Below are positions 27,210 through 37,886 of a stretch of DNA of 64,000 nucleotides, piece by piece (the stretch's first letter is position 1; each line of letters begins with the position of its first letter). Position numbers and translations under genes: made by a program. The notes under the pieces are model-generated. The model had not been told where the DNA came from and ran no database searches. It saw only the letters and a program-made list of their open reading frames with translations. Source of the stretch: an uncultured Gemmatimonadales bacterium (GTDB lineage: Bacteria > Gemmatimonadota > Gemmatimonadetes > Longimicrobiales > RSA9); NCBI GenBank assembly GCA_963741945.1, contig CAVUKA010000006.1, positions 32,001 through 96,000 of the forward strand, read 5' to 3'.

Positions 27210-29513
27210 ATGACACCACGCAATGCCGCTCGTATGCTGCTCCTGGGCCTCGCCGTCTCGCTGGCTCCCGCGTGCGCTTCCGCCCCTGCCCGCCCCGTGC
27301 CGCCCACGGACGACCCGGACCTGGCCAGGGCCTACCACGTGCTCTCCACCACCCCGTTGATCGACGGGCACAACGACCTGCCGTGGCTCATCCGCGAGCG
27401 AAGCGGGGAAACGGGCGACCTGTCCGCGTACGACCTCCGCTCGCGCACATCCGGACAGACGGACATCCAACGCCTGCACCAGGGCATGCTGGGCGCACAG
27501 TTCTGGTCGGTCTACGTACCCGCGGAGACGCAGGCGGATGGCAGCGCGCCCCGGGTCCAGCTCGAGCAGATCGACATCGTCCGCAGGATGATCGGGGCGT
27601 ATCCTGACGTGTTCGAGCTCGCCCTCACCCCCGCCGACGTCACGCGCATCTTCCACGCCGGGAAGATCGCGTCCATGATCGGGCTGGAGGGCGGCCACGC
27701 CATCGAGAATTCCCTCGGCGCGCTGCGCGCCTATTACGACCTGGGCGCCCGTTACCTGACGCTGACCCACTCGCTCAATATCGACTGGGCGGATTCGTGC
27801 TGTGAGCCGCCGGAGCACGGTGGCCTGACGCCGTTCGGCGAGGCGGTGGTCCGGGAGATGAACCGGCTGGGCATGCTGGTGGACCTGGCCCACGTCTCGC
27901 CCGAGACCATGAACGATGTCCTGGATGTCACTGCGGCCCCCGTCATCTTCTCCCATTCCTCCGCACGCGCGCTGACGGATCATGAGCGCAACGTCCCGGA
28001 TGACGTGCTGCGCCGCGTGACCGGGAACGGCGGCGTGGTCATGGTCACGTTCGTCACCATCTTCGACAACGAAGCGCTCCGCCGCTGGGCCGAGACGCCG
28101 CCGGCGGACCGGACCGGGCCCGCGCCGGTGGCCACACTGGACGACGTCGCCGACCACATCGAGCACGTGCGCGACGTGGCCGGGATCGATCACGTGGGCA
28201 TTGGCAGCGATTTCGACGGCACGAGCACGCCCGAAGGGCTGGAAGATGTGTCGAAGTTTCCCGCCCTCTTCGCCGAGCTCTCGCGACGCGGCTGGAGCGA
28301 GGGCGAGCTGCGCAAGCTGGCGGGCGAGAACGTGCTGCGGGTGTGGCACGAGGCCGAGCGCGTCGCCGCGCGGCTCAGGTCGGCACAGGAGCCGGTCACG
28401 GCCACCATCGCGCAGCTGGACGGTGTAGTCCGGCCGGGGAGCGGCGCGTTCGTCACTCGACTGGGCCAGGACACGATCGCCGTCGAGAGCTTCCGCTACG
28501 GACCCGACACGTTCGATGCCACCGTGGCGCTGCGTGTCCCCACCACAGTGCTGACCCGCTACCACGCCGATCTCGACCGCCTCGGCCGCATCCGCTCACT
28601 CACGGCCACCGCGTTCGAGCCCGCCGCCGACACCGCCGACCGCCCCCTGGCCCGCACATCCTACCGGTTCCGCGGCGATTCGGTCGACATCACGGCCCGC
28701 ACGCCGGACGCGGAGCGGACGACCACCACGGCCGTGCGCGCCGACGCGCTCCCCTTCATCGACATGGTCCACTGGCCGTTCGAACTGGCGCTGATGCGAC
28801 TGGAGCCCCTCGGCCGGGAAGCCACGCTGCCCATGCTCATGGGCAGCCGCGTCGGTGAGTTCGGCTTCTCGGCCGCCGACCGCGACCATGCCACCATCCG
28901 CCACCCGTACCGCGGCACCATGGCCGTCCGTGTCGACACCCTCGGCCACATCCTGACCCTCGACGCCAGCGGCACCACCCGAAAGCTCTCCGTGCGACGC
29001 GTGGATGCCCTCGATGTCCCCGCCCTCGCCCGCGACTTCGCCGCCCGCGATGCCGCCGGCCGAGGCCTCGGCGCGCTTTCCGGCCGGGCCACGGCACACG
29101 GCGAGATCGGGGGCGCGCGCATCACCGTGGACTACGGCGTGCCCCAGAAGCGTGGCCGCGATATCTTCGGCGCCCTGGTCCCCTACGGCCAGGTGTGGCG
29201 CACGGGCGCCAACCGCGCCACACACTTCGACACCGACCGCGACCTGGTGATCGGCGGCACGCGCGTGCCCGCTGGAACGTACACGCTGTTCACGATCCCG
29301 GGACCTGACGCGTGGACCCTCATCGTGAACAGCAGGACCGACATCACCGGCACTGCGTACGACTCCGATGCCGACTTCGCACGCATCCCCATGAAGGTGA
29401 CCACGCTGGACGCCCCCGCGGAGGACCTGACCATCACGGTCGATCCCGCCGGCTTCCTCCGCGTGACATGGGACCGGACCGAGGCGAGCGTGCCGGTGAG
29501 GCCGGCGCGCTAG
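27210..29513 (+). CDS. Membrane dipeptidase (M19) fused to a beta-rich middle region and a C-terminal DUF2911 domain
   Basis: DGHND, GLEGGH, TLTH, DLAHVS, FSHS, GSDFDG; C-terminal VDYGVPQKRGRDIFGALVPYGQVWRTGAN, PAGTYTLF. Confidence 0.85.
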   Translation: MTPRNAARMLLLGLAVSLAPACASAPARPVPPTDDPDLARAYHVLSTTPLIDGHNDLPWLIRERSGETGDLSAYDLRSRTSGQTDIQRLHQGMLGAQFWSVYVPAETQADGSAPRVQLEQIDIVRRMIGAYPDVFELALTPADVTRIFHAGKIASMIGLEGGHAIENSLGALRAYYDLGARYLTLTHSLNIDWADSCCEPPEHGGLTPFGEAVVREMNRLGMLVDLAHVSPETMNDVLDVTAAPVIFSHSSARALTDHERNVPDDVLRRVTGNGGVVMVTFVTIFDNEALRRWAETPPADRTGPAPVATLDDVADHIEHVRDVAGIDHVGIGSDFDGTSTPEGLEDVSKFPALFAELSRRGWSEGELRKLAGENVLRVWHEAERVAARLRSAQEPVTATIAQLDGVVRPGSGAFVTRLGQDTIAVESFRYGPDTFDATVALRVPTTVLTRYHADLDRLGRIRSLTATAFEPAADTADRPLARTSYRFRGDSVDITARTPDAERTTTTAVRADALPFIDMVHWPFELALMRLEPLGREATLPMLMGSRVGEFGFSAADRDHATIRHPYRGTMAVRVDTLGHILTLDASGTTRKLSVRRVDALDVPALARDFAARDAAGRGLGALSGRATAHGEIGGARITVDYGVPQKRGRDIFGALVPYGQVWRTGANRATHFDTDRDLVIGGTRVPAGTYTLFTIPGPDAWTLIVNSRTDITGTAYDSDADFARIPMKVTTLDAPAEDLTITVDPAGFLRVTWDRTEASVPVRPAR

Positions 29514-29601
29514 GCCGCGCGACCCCGCCGGGAGAAGTCCGGCGGGGTCGCTCCACCTGCCCGCGTTCCGGCCCGGGCCGCACCCGGATCGACACTTTCC
29601 G

Positions 29602-32600
29602 CTACGGCTCGAGCCACTCCTCGTCCATCACATCGCGGTCCGGAGCATCCGGCGTGAAGCCGCTGGCCCGGATCACGGTGATGGGGCGGGTCAGCGTACC
29701 GTCGCTCACCGGGAGCACGACCGTATAGGTGCCATCCCCGACCAGCCCCGGTCCGCCCCCCCAACCTCCGCGGAAGCTCATGCGTACACCGCGGTCCCGC
29801 ATGGCCGATACGATCTGGCGCATGGCGGCGCGGACGTCGTCCTGCGACGGCTGCGGCGTCTGCTCGCCCGCCTCACCACGCTCCGTGGCGCCGCGGACCG
29901 CTTCACCGGCGACCGGCTGGCCCACTGGCGCTTCCCTGGGCGGCCTCTCTCCGGCCGCGGAACGCTCCGGAGCACCTTTCGACGGTGGGGCGGAGTCCGC
30001 CTTCGGCTCCGGGTACCGCTCGCCCGGCCGGTCCGTGCTCGCTCCGCCACCGCCCCGGCCGCCCCACATGCTCCCTCGGTCGCCGCTCCGCATCATGGCC
30101 AGCGCCCGGTCCGCCGCCGCGCGGTCCAGTCCCTCGTGCGCGACCAGGGAGTCCGCCACTTCAACCATCGCGGCGTCGGCACGGATGCTGTCCCGCAGCT
30201 CGGACGGCGACTTGGGCTCCGTCGCTTCCGAGCGCTTCTGCAGGTTCCACGTGACCCGGTGCAGCCCCGGCGATGCCGGGCCGTCCAGCGTCGCCACCGT
30301 GTCACCCGCGGTGCCCAGCACGGCCAGCTTCAGCCGCGCACCGCGCGCCGGCCGCTGCGCTCCCGACGCCTGGCGACGGGCCGCAGGGCCACCGGCGGAA
30401 ACGTCGCCCTCGTTCGCGCCCGCCTTCGCCGCGGGCGGGGTCCAGCCTTCGGGGATGTAGTAGGTGATCGCCGCTCCGAACGGCGCAGACTCGCCCTCGA
30501 AGTAGCGGTGCCCCGTGGACTCGCCGCCCGAGGGTGCATCACCGAACTCCAGCCCGGCGGCGGGCGCGAAGAGCACGGGCTCGTCGGCCAGGCGCACTGT
30601 CGCCAGCTGCTGGAGCGGTGCGATGTCGACGATCCAGATGGACCGGCCGTGCGTGGCCGCGATCAGCTCGTGGTCGCGGGGGTGGATCTCCAGGTCGTGC
30701 ACGGGGACTGTGGGCAGCCCTTCCATGAAGCGCCGCCACGTCGCGCCGCGGTCCGTGGAGACGTACGCGCCCACGTCCGTTCCCACGAACAGCAGGTCGG
30801 GGTTCACCAGGTCCTCGCGTACCACGTGCACGAAGTCCGGTCCGCCCGTGGGCAGGCCGTTTGCGAGGCTGCGGAAGCTCCTGCCGCCGTCGTTCGTGAC
30901 GAAGACGTACGGGCTGAAATCGTCGCTCCGGTGTCCGTCGAAAGCCACGTAGAAGCGTTGCGGGTCGAAGTGTGATGGCTCGATCCGGCTCACCCACGTG
31001 TTCTCGGGGACGCCCTTGAACAGCTTGTGGCGGAGCTGCTGCCACTCGCCGTCCGCCTGCCGCACCCAGACGTTCCCGTCATCGGTGCCGGCGAAAAGCA
31101 GTCCTTCCACCAGCGGCGACTCGGCCAGGGCCACGATCGTGGCATGCGTCTCCGCTCCCGTCACGTCCTTCGTGATCCCGCCCGTGGTCTTCGTGCTGAC
31201 CTCGATCTTCTCGGCGTCCTGCGTGGTCAGGTCGGGCGAGATCACGTTGAAGGTGGTGCCCTGGTCCGATGACATCAGCACCCGGTTGCCCGCCGCGTAG
31301 ACGGTGTGCGGCGCGTGCGGCGAGAGCACGATCGGCGTGTTCCAGTTGTAGCGCAGGTCGTACATCGCGGAGTCCTCGGCGACCTGCTCCTTCCACCCGT
31401 CCACCTTCGCCCGCTCGCCCGCGGTCATCGCGCGCGGCTCGGTCACCCCCTCGTGGACGGCGATCGAGTCCAGGAGCGGCCGCGCGTGCTCCTGCCAGTC
31501 CGGCTTCCCCATGCGCGAGCGCTCGCCCGTGACCAGGTTCACCCGCGACATGCTCCCGCCCTGCGACTCGGCATAGATCGTGGCCGGGTCGGTCGGGTCC
31601 TGCTGGCTGTAGAAGCCGTCCCCGCCGCTCACCGTGTACCACATGTGGTGGTCGATCCCGCCACGGGCGCGCCGGCTCGGACCGCACCACGTGCCGTTGT
31701 CCTGAAGACCGCCGCACACGCGGTATGGCACGCTCATGTCGTAGCTGACGTGGTAGAACTGTCCGATCGGGAGCGTATTGATGAAATCGTACGTCCCGCC
31801 CCGGTCCCACGTCACCGCGATCCCGCCGTCGTTGCCGACAATGAAGTGGTCCGGGTTCGACGGGTCCCACCACATGGCGTGATGGTCCACGTGGATCCCG
31901 AGGGTGGCCTCGCCCACCGTCTTCCCGCCATCCTTCGAGAACTGCACGGGCGTGGACGACCAGAAGACCAGGTCGGGATCGTCGGGCGCCACGCGCACCT
32001 GCGAGTAGTAGAACGGACGCGTGTCCACGCCGTTCATCCAGCGCCATGTGCGGCCGCCGTCCCCGGAGCGGTAGAGACCCGTGCCCTTCAGCCCGGACAC
32101 GGCCGCGTCGTCTTCGCTCATCCCGTTCGTGTCACCCGCCTTCGCTTCCACCAGCGCGTACATCACGTCCGGGTTGCTGGCGGCGAGGCTGATCCCGATG
32201 CGCCCCTTCTCCGTGCTCGGGAACCCGCCGCCGCTCACCTGCGACCAGTGCTCACCCCCATCGGTGGACTTCCACAGGCCGCTGCCCGGGCCGCCGCCGT
32301 TCAGGAACCACGGGCCGCGGACTCGCTCCCAGCTCGAGGCCCAGAGGACGTCCGGATTCCGCGGGTCCAGCGCCAGGTCCACGAATCCCGCCCGGTCGCT
32401 GATGAACTTCACCTGGCGCCACGTCTTCCCGCCATCCGTGGTCTTGTAGACGCCGCGCTCGGCGTTGGCGCCCCAGATGTGGCCGAGCGCGGCCACCCAC
32501 GCCGTGTTCGGGTCCTCGGGGTGGACCACGATCCGCCCGATCGCCTGCGTCTCCTTCAGCCCCGCGAACGTCCACGTCTCACCGGCGTCACGGGAAACGT

Positions 32601-32979
32601 AGACCCCGCCGCCCGGTGAGATGGAGTTGCGCGAGTCCTCCTCACCCGTGCCCGCGTACAGCACGTTCGGATCGCTCGGCGCGATCGCCAGATCGCCCAT
32701 GGACACCACGCGCTCTCCGCCGAACAGGGGCGTGAACGTCGTGCCGTTGTTGATGGTCTTCCAGATGCCGCCCGCCACCGAAACCACGTAGAACGTGGGT
32801 GTGCCGGGCACCCCCTCCACGTCCGTGACCCGGCCCGACATGTTGGTGGGACCGACGTTGCGCCACTGGAGCCCGGCGAAGAAGGCCGAGTCCGGGCCCT
32901 GGGCGCCCAGCGGGAGGGGGGCCACGAGCGCCGCAAATACGAGGCTGGCGGCCGTGGTCAGGGGAACACGCGTTCGCAT
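29602..32979 (-). CDS. Large secreted VPS10/BNR-repeat beta-propeller protein
   Basis: Signal peptide; WRNVGPTNMSGR, many S/TxDGGxTW boxes, DHHAMW, GGLQDNG, ATHGRS. Confidence 0.9.
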   Translation of the reverse strand: MRTRVPLTTAASLVFAALVAPLPLGAQGPDSAFFAGLQWRNVGPTNMSGRVTDVEGVPGTPTFYVVSVAGGIWKTINNGTTFTPLFGGERVVSMGDLAIAPSDPNVLYAGTGEEDSRNSISPGGGVYVSRDAGETWTFAGLKETQAIGRIVVHPEDPNTAWVAALGHIWGANAERGVYKTTDGGKTWRQVKFISDRAGFVDLALDPRNPDVLWASSWERVRGPWFLNGGGPGSGLWKSTDGGEHWSQVSGGGFPSTEKGRIGISLAASNPDVMYALVEAKAGDTNGMSEDDAAVSGLKGTGLYRSGDGGRTWRWMNGVDTRPFYYSQVRVAPDDPDLVFWSSTPVQFSKDGGKTVGEATLGIHVDHHAMWWDPSNPDHFIVGNDGGIAVTWDRGGTYDFINTLPIGQFYHVSYDMSVPYRVCGGLQDNGTWCGPSRRARGGIDHHMWYTVSGGDGFYSQQDPTDPATIYAESQGGSMSRVNLVTGERSRMGKPDWQEHARPLLDSIAVHEGVTEPRAMTAGERAKVDGWKEQVAEDSAMYDLRYNWNTPIVLSPHAPHTVYAAGNRVLMSSDQGTTFNVISPDLTTQDAEKIEVSTKTTGGITKDVTGAETHATIVALAESPLVEGLLFAGTDDGNVWVRQADGEWQQLRHKLFKGVPENTWVSRIEPSHFDPQRFYVAFDGHRSDDFSPYVFVTNDGGRSFRSLANGLPTGGPDFVHVVREDLVNPDLLFVGTDVGAYVSTDRGATWRRFMEGLPTVPVHDLEIHPRDHELIAATHGRSIWIVDIAPLQQLATVRLADEPVLFAPAAGLEFGDAPSGGESTGHRYFEGESAPFGAAITYYIPEGWTPPAAKAGANEGDVSAGGPAARRQASGAQRPARGARLKLAVLGTAGDTVATLDGPASPGLHRVTWNLQKRSEATEPKSPSELRDSIRADAAMVEVADSLVAHEGLDRAAADRALAMMRSGDRGSMWGGRGGGGASTDRPGERYPEPKADSAPPSKGAPERSAAGERPPREAPVGQPVAGEAVRGATERGEAGEQTPQPSQDDVRAAMRQIVSAMRDRGVRMSFRGGWGGGPGLVGDGTYTVVLPVSDGTLTRPITVIRASGFTPDAPDRDVMDEEWLEP

Positions 32980-33137
32980 CGTCGCTGCTCCGGGTTCTCT
33001 GATGGAGTGGTGAGCGTCTGGCGCCTGAAGGCAGGGGCGGCCTGTGGGATGACGTCCGGGCGAGCGAAAACGTTGGGGAGGGCCAGCGCCGCCGCACGCT
33101 GGCGACGGCGAGTGCGCTCACGCCGCCGCGGACCTGC

Positions 33138-34883
33138 CTACCACCGATCCAGCTCCTTCTCCAGCCGCTCCCCGACCGCGTCCGTGGCCAGCAGGATCAG
33201 CCGGTCTCCCGGCTCCAGGAGGGTTTCCCCGCGCGGCGGCCGCATCCGCTCACCGCGCAGGAGCCCGATGAGCTCCGCCTCACTTCCCACCTCGCCCATG
33301 GCGTCGGCCACGGTCCGGCCCGCGAGAGAGCTGTCTTCACGGACGACGCCGACGGTCATGTGGCGTCCCCCCGGCAGGGTCACCGGGATCCCGGAGCGGA
33401 GCAGGGAGAGGAGATTGAGCGATCCGACTTCCTCGGGGTTGAGCAGTCCCCGCCGCTCCATGAGTCGCAACGCGATGTTCAGGTGCTCGGTGTGCAGCGC
33501 CGGCGAATCCGCTCGCGTGGCCACCTGCGCCTCGTAAAGGCTGGGATACGGCACGCGGCTGGACAGCCAGAAGTGGATCAGGTAACTGATGAAAACGGCC
33601 AGGGCCGCCGGCACCAGGAGCGTGTACCCGCCCGTCATCTCCGTCACCATCATGAGCGTGGCGAGCGGCACGTTGGCGGCGCCCGAGAACAGCGCGGCCA
33701 TTCCGACAACGGCCATCGGTCCGGGCGGCTGGTGGAATACGTCCGCCAGCAATGCCCCGAGCATCGCCCCCGCGAAGAGCGTGGGGGCGAACACGCCGCC
33801 CGAGCCGCCGGACGAGACGGACAGCGCCATGGCCACCATCTTCGCGAACACCAGGACCGCCAGGGTGCCCATGACCAGCTGACCATCAATGGCTTTCTGC
33901 ACCCACCCGTACCCGCCGCCCAGGATCTCCGGATAGAGGAGCGCCATGAGTCCCAGGAGCAGGCCGCCGATTCCAGGCTTCAGCCAGACCGGAACGGGCA
34001 GGCGCCGGAAGCCGTCACGGGCGCCGTAGAAGATCACGGGCACCAGTGTGGCCATGAGGCCACAGGCGACTCCCAGGACGATGTACCAGCCATAATCGTA
34101 CACGTGGGGGAGTCCCGTGTAGGCGGGGAAGTGGAACAGCGGCTGCCAGCCGGTGAACAGACCGTTCACCGCGTACGCCACGATGGACGCCAGCATGGTG
34201 TAGATCAGCGCCCCGAACTCGAACTCCATCTCGCTGTAGAGCACCTCGATGGCGAACAGCGCCGTGCCCACCGGGGAGCGGAAGATGGCCGACAGGCCGG
34301 CTGCCATGCCCACGGTCAGGAGCAGGCGACGCTCCTCGTCGTCCCGCTTCGTGATGTCGGCATACCAGGAGCCGACACCGGCGGCGATGAGGGCGATCGG
34401 CCCCTCCCGCCCTGCCGCGCCGCCGGAGCCGATGGTGATGGCGGACGCCACGGCTTTCACGGGCGCCACGCGGCCACGCAGGAACCCGTTCTCGCGATGG
34501 AACGCCTTCACCGCGGTGTCCGTCCCGTGCCCCTCCGCCTCCGGCGCCAGCCACGTGATCAGGACACCCACCAGCAGCCCGCCCAGTGTGGTGGAGACCG
34601 GGATGAGCCAGAGCCCGTGGGGCCCTGTCACCTGCTGCAGGATCCCACCCTCGCCGGGGAGCCCCGGCGGCGTGTAGCCGCCGATCCGGCCCAGGAACAG
34701 GTCGCTGGCCCATCGCAGCAGGAAGGTGAACACCTGGGCCGCGGCCGCCCCGGCAAGCCCGAGAAGCAGGCTGTCGAGAATCAGTCGTCGCTGGCGCTGC
34801 CCTTTTTTTCCCACTCGAGTTCCGAGCCCTCTCCATCGTCCGCTTCCGCCGGGCGCCACGCGAGCCGCCCCCGCTTCCAGCAT
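33138..34883 (-). CDS. CLC chloride channel/transporter with C-terminal TrkA-C (RCK-C) domain
   Basis: GHGTD, GREGP, GGVFAP, EMTG, SLY; tail SSLAGRTV...LEPGDRL. Start may be 34814. Confidence 0.9.
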   Translation of the reverse strand: MLEAGAARVAPGGSGRWRGLGTRVGKKGQRQRRLILDSLLLGLAGAAAAQVFTFLLRWASDLFLGRIGGYTPPGLPGEGGILQQVTGPHGLWLIPVSTTLGGLLVGVLITWLAPEAEGHGTDTAVKAFHRENGFLRGRVAPVKAVASAITIGSGGAAGREGPIALIAAGVGSWYADITKRDDEERRLLLTVGMAAGLSAIFRSPVGTALFAIEVLYSEMEFEFGALIYTMLASIVAYAVNGLFTGWQPLFHFPAYTGLPHVYDYGWYIVLGVACGLMATLVPVIFYGARDGFRRLPVPVWLKPGIGGLLLGLMALLYPEILGGGYGWVQKAIDGQLVMGTLAVLVFAKMVAMALSVSSGGSGGVFAPTLFAGAMLGALLADVFHQPPGPMAVVGMAALFSGAANVPLATLMMVTEMTGGYTLLVPAALAVFISYLIHFWLSSRVPYPSLYEAQVATRADSPALHTEHLNIALRLMERRGLLNPEEVGSLNLLSLLRSGIPVTLPGGRHMTVGVVREDSSLAGRTVADAMGEVGSEAELIGLLRGERMRPPRGETLLEPGDRLILLATDAVGERLEKELDRW

Positions 34884-34965
34884 GACCCATTCATTGTGAT
34901 GGAGCCCGGCACGGCCCGCCACTGCCAGCTTCGTACCGCCCGCGCAGGGGCGTTCGGGCCCCCGG

Positions 34966-35002
34966 TTGTACGCGCGGCGGCTCGGCGCCATCTTCAGCGC
35001 CG
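34966..35002 (+). promoter_or_regulatory. Putative leaderless or very short leader promoter of the CLC-CBS gene
   Basis: TTGTAC-N17-CATCTT-N8-ATG. Confidence 0.4.
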
Positions 35003-36841
35003 ATGAAACGAGATCGGCTTCGCCGCCGCTGGCGCCGCGCGCTGCTTCGCCTGGCCGCTGCATGGCAGCGCTTCGTGGAATGGTTCAATGGGCTCAACCT
35101 CGCCGAGGACAACATCCTCCTCGTCTTCGGCGTGGCCGTGGGCGTGGTCGGGGCGCTCGGCGTCATCGTCTTCTTCCACCTCATCGACCTGGCCTTCGAG
35201 TTCTTCTACCGCTGGCTGCCATCCGAGCTGCCGCACCCGGACGTTCCGTTCTATCGACCGTTCCTCACCGCCCTCGGCTTCGCCGCAGCCACGTGGGTGG
35301 TCCAGCGCGCCACACGATCCACGGACAAGCGACCGAAGTCCGTTCAGCTCATCCCGCTCGTTCAGGTGGCCGTGGCCCGCAACGACGGCAACCTGCCGTT
35401 CAAGAGCACCGTCGCCCGCATCGTGGCCGCCATCTTCACACTGGGCAGCGGCGGCACGGCCGGGAGCGAAGGACCGCTGGGCGTGGTGGGTGCCACCGCC
35501 GGCTCCTATCTCGGCCGCGCCTTCCGCTTCGATGCCAGCCGCGTCAAGGTGCTCGTCGCGGCCGGCGCCGGCGCCGGCATCTCGGCAGCGTTCAACACGC
35601 CCCTCGGTGGGGCGTTTTTCGCGTTGGAAGAGATCCTGGGTGGGTTCGCCGTGGGCACGTTCGCGCCCGTGGTGGTGGCCAGCGTGGTGGCCGCCGTCAT
35701 CTCCCGTGCGGTCTTCGGGGACCACCCGGCCATCGTCATCCCCATGGAGTACGGCTACCACGCCGTCCAGGAAGTGGTCTTCTTCTATCCCGTCCTCGGC
35801 ATCCTGGCCGGGCTGACGGTGGTCCTGTTCGTCAAGGTCTTCTTCGCGGTCGAGGACATCCGTGAACGGATCCGGATCCCGCCCGCGGCCATCCCGTGGG
35901 TGGGCGGATTCATTGTCGGCCTGCTGGTCCTGGCGTCCCGTGGCATGCTCACCGGCTATGGCCACCTCGCCGTGCGGCTCGACACCATGGTCCACCTCAG
36001 CGCGGGCGCGCTGCTCCTGCTCTGCTTCGGCCAGATCCTCGGCAACTCCCTGACCCTGAACACCGGCGGCTCGGGCGGTGTGTTCGCGCCATCACTGTTC
36101 GTGGGTGCCACGCTCGGCGCGTCCTACGGTGTGGCGCTGAAGGGTCTGTTCCCGGGGATGCCCCTCCAGCCCGAAGCGTACGCGCTGGTGGGGATGGGGA
36201 GCGTGTTCGCAGCCGCCACGGACGCCCCTCTCGCCGCCGTGCTCATGGTCTTCGAAATGACCAACGACTACGCCATCGTCCTCCCCCTCATGCTGGCCGT
36301 GGTACTCAGCTACAATGTCGCGAAGCGGCTGGAGCCGGACTCGCTCTACAGTGGATGGCTCCGGCGCCGGGGCGAGAGCCTGGAGCACGGCGTCGCCCGC
36401 GACGTGCTGGCCAACCTCACCGTGCAGAGCGCCATGGAGGAGAACCCCCAGGTCATCGGGGAAGGTGCGTCCGTCAGCCAGATGATGGAGCACCTCGGCC
36501 GGGGTGAGCAGACCGACTATCCGGTGGTGGACGGGCAGCTCCGGGTCAGCGGACTCCTCCGGATCGGCGAGATCGGCCGCGTGGCTCGCGACCAGGCCGC
36601 CCTCGGCCCCCTCCTCCTCGCCTCCGACATTGCCGACCCCGTGGAGACCGTAGAGCCGGGCGACACCCTCCTCGCCGCCATCCGGCGCATGGGGACTCGC
36701 GGCACCGGGATGCTCCCCGTGGTCGATCCGCAGAGCGGCCGCCTGGTGGGCGTCGTCACGCGCGCCGCGATCCTCGCGCTCTACGAGAAGCAGGTGGCGG
36801 AGGAAGCCGCCGAAGGGCGCCCCTCGGACCCGCTCGCCTGA
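35003..36841 (+). CDS. CLC chloride channel/transporter with tandem CBS domains
   Basis: GSEGP, FNTPLGG, FALEEI, GGVFAP, FEMT; CBS motifs YPVVD and LPVVD. Confidence 0.9.
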   Translation: MKRDRLRRRWRRALLRLAAAWQRFVEWFNGLNLAEDNILLVFGVAVGVVGALGVIVFFHLIDLAFEFFYRWLPSELPHPDVPFYRPFLTALGFAAATWVVQRATRSTDKRPKSVQLIPLVQVAVARNDGNLPFKSTVARIVAAIFTLGSGGTAGSEGPLGVVGATAGSYLGRAFRFDASRVKVLVAAGAGAGISAAFNTPLGGAFFALEEILGGFAVGTFAPVVVASVVAAVISRAVFGDHPAIVIPMEYGYHAVQEVVFFYPVLGILAGLTVVLFVKVFFAVEDIRERIRIPPAAIPWVGGFIVGLLVLASRGMLTGYGHLAVRLDTMVHLSAGALLLLCFGQILGNSLTLNTGGSGGVFAPSLFVGATLGASYGVALKGLFPGMPLQPEAYALVGMGSVFAAATDAPLAAVLMVFEMTNDYAIVLPLMLAVVLSYNVAKRLEPDSLYSGWLRRRGESLEHGVARDVLANLTVQSAMEENPQVIGEGASVSQMMEHLGRGEQTDYPVVDGQLRVSGLLRIGEIGRVARDQAALGPLLLASDIADPVETVEPGDTLLAAIRRMGTRGTGMLPVVDPQSGRLVGVVTRAAILALYEKQVAEEAAEGRPSDPLA

Positions 36842-36882
36842 CCCACCCCACCGCTCCGCCTACCCGGCTCTCCGGCTACCCG

Positions 36883-37798
36883 TCAACGCTCCCCGGTCGC
36901 CGGTTCCCGCGCCACCTCCTCCCGAACCCGCACCGCGTCCTCGTCCGGCTCGATCCCGTGGCCCCGTCGCCGGGCGTAGACCTGGGTGAACTCGGCACCC
37001 AGGAGGAAGATCATGGCCGAGTAGTAGACCCAGAGCAGGAGGATGGCGAGGGAGCCGGCGGCGCCGTACGCTCCACCCGGCCGGGTTCGGCCGATGTAGA
37101 AGGAGATGAGGAAGCGTCCGACCACGAAGAGGAGCGTGGCGACGAGCGCCCCGTGCCACACGTCGCCCCAGCGAACTCGGGCGTCCGGCAGCACCTTGTA
37201 GACGGCCATGAACGCGACGGTGATCACGGCCACCGACACGGCGAGATCCAGGACCCAGGCGGTGATGCTCCCGAAGGCCGCCGGCAGCACGGAGGTGGCC
37301 GCGCCGCCCGCGGCGCTCACGAGCGCGCCCAGGATCAGCGAGGCCAGGAGCAGGATCGCCACACCGACGATCATGGCGAACGAGAGGGCTCGCTGGAGCG
37401 CGAATCGGAGGAGTCCGCTCCTGCGGGGGTCCTTCTGGACCTCCCACGCCTCGTTCAGCGCCGCCTGGATCTGGGCGAAAGCGGTGGTGGCGCCGAAGAT
37501 CAGGCCCGCGACGCTCAGGCCGGTAGCCAGCACGCTGCCGCCGCCCGGCGCCTGCGCGTTCCGGATCATCGACCCGACCGCCCGCCCCCCGGACTCCCCC
37601 AGGAACATGCCGATCTGCTGCACGAGCTGTCCCTGCACCTGCTGCTCGCTCATGAACATGCCGGCGACCGTGGTCACGATGATCACCAGCGGAGGGAGGG
37701 AAAAGACGGTGTAGTACGACAGCGCGGCCGCCATCCGTGGGCGCGTCATCGTCCAGGAATTCGTGGACGGTTTCCTTGACGAGGTCGAATGTGCTCAT
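36883..37798 (-). pseudogene. YihY/BrkB family membrane protein with a +1 frameshift near codon 20 (pseudogene or sequencing error)
   Basis: MSTFDLVKETVHEFLDDDAP is in one frame and RMAAALSYYTVFSLPP in another. One extra base in the G-run at 37739-37741. The paralog reads DDCPRMAAAVSYY without a break. Confidence 0.8.
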
Positions 37799-37886
37799 GC
37801 CGTCCCGCAGACGCTCGGAGTCACGATGGAGGTGGCTGCGAGACGCTGCCGGGATGCAGAAACGGGGCCGCGGCCCCGCACGCGCC

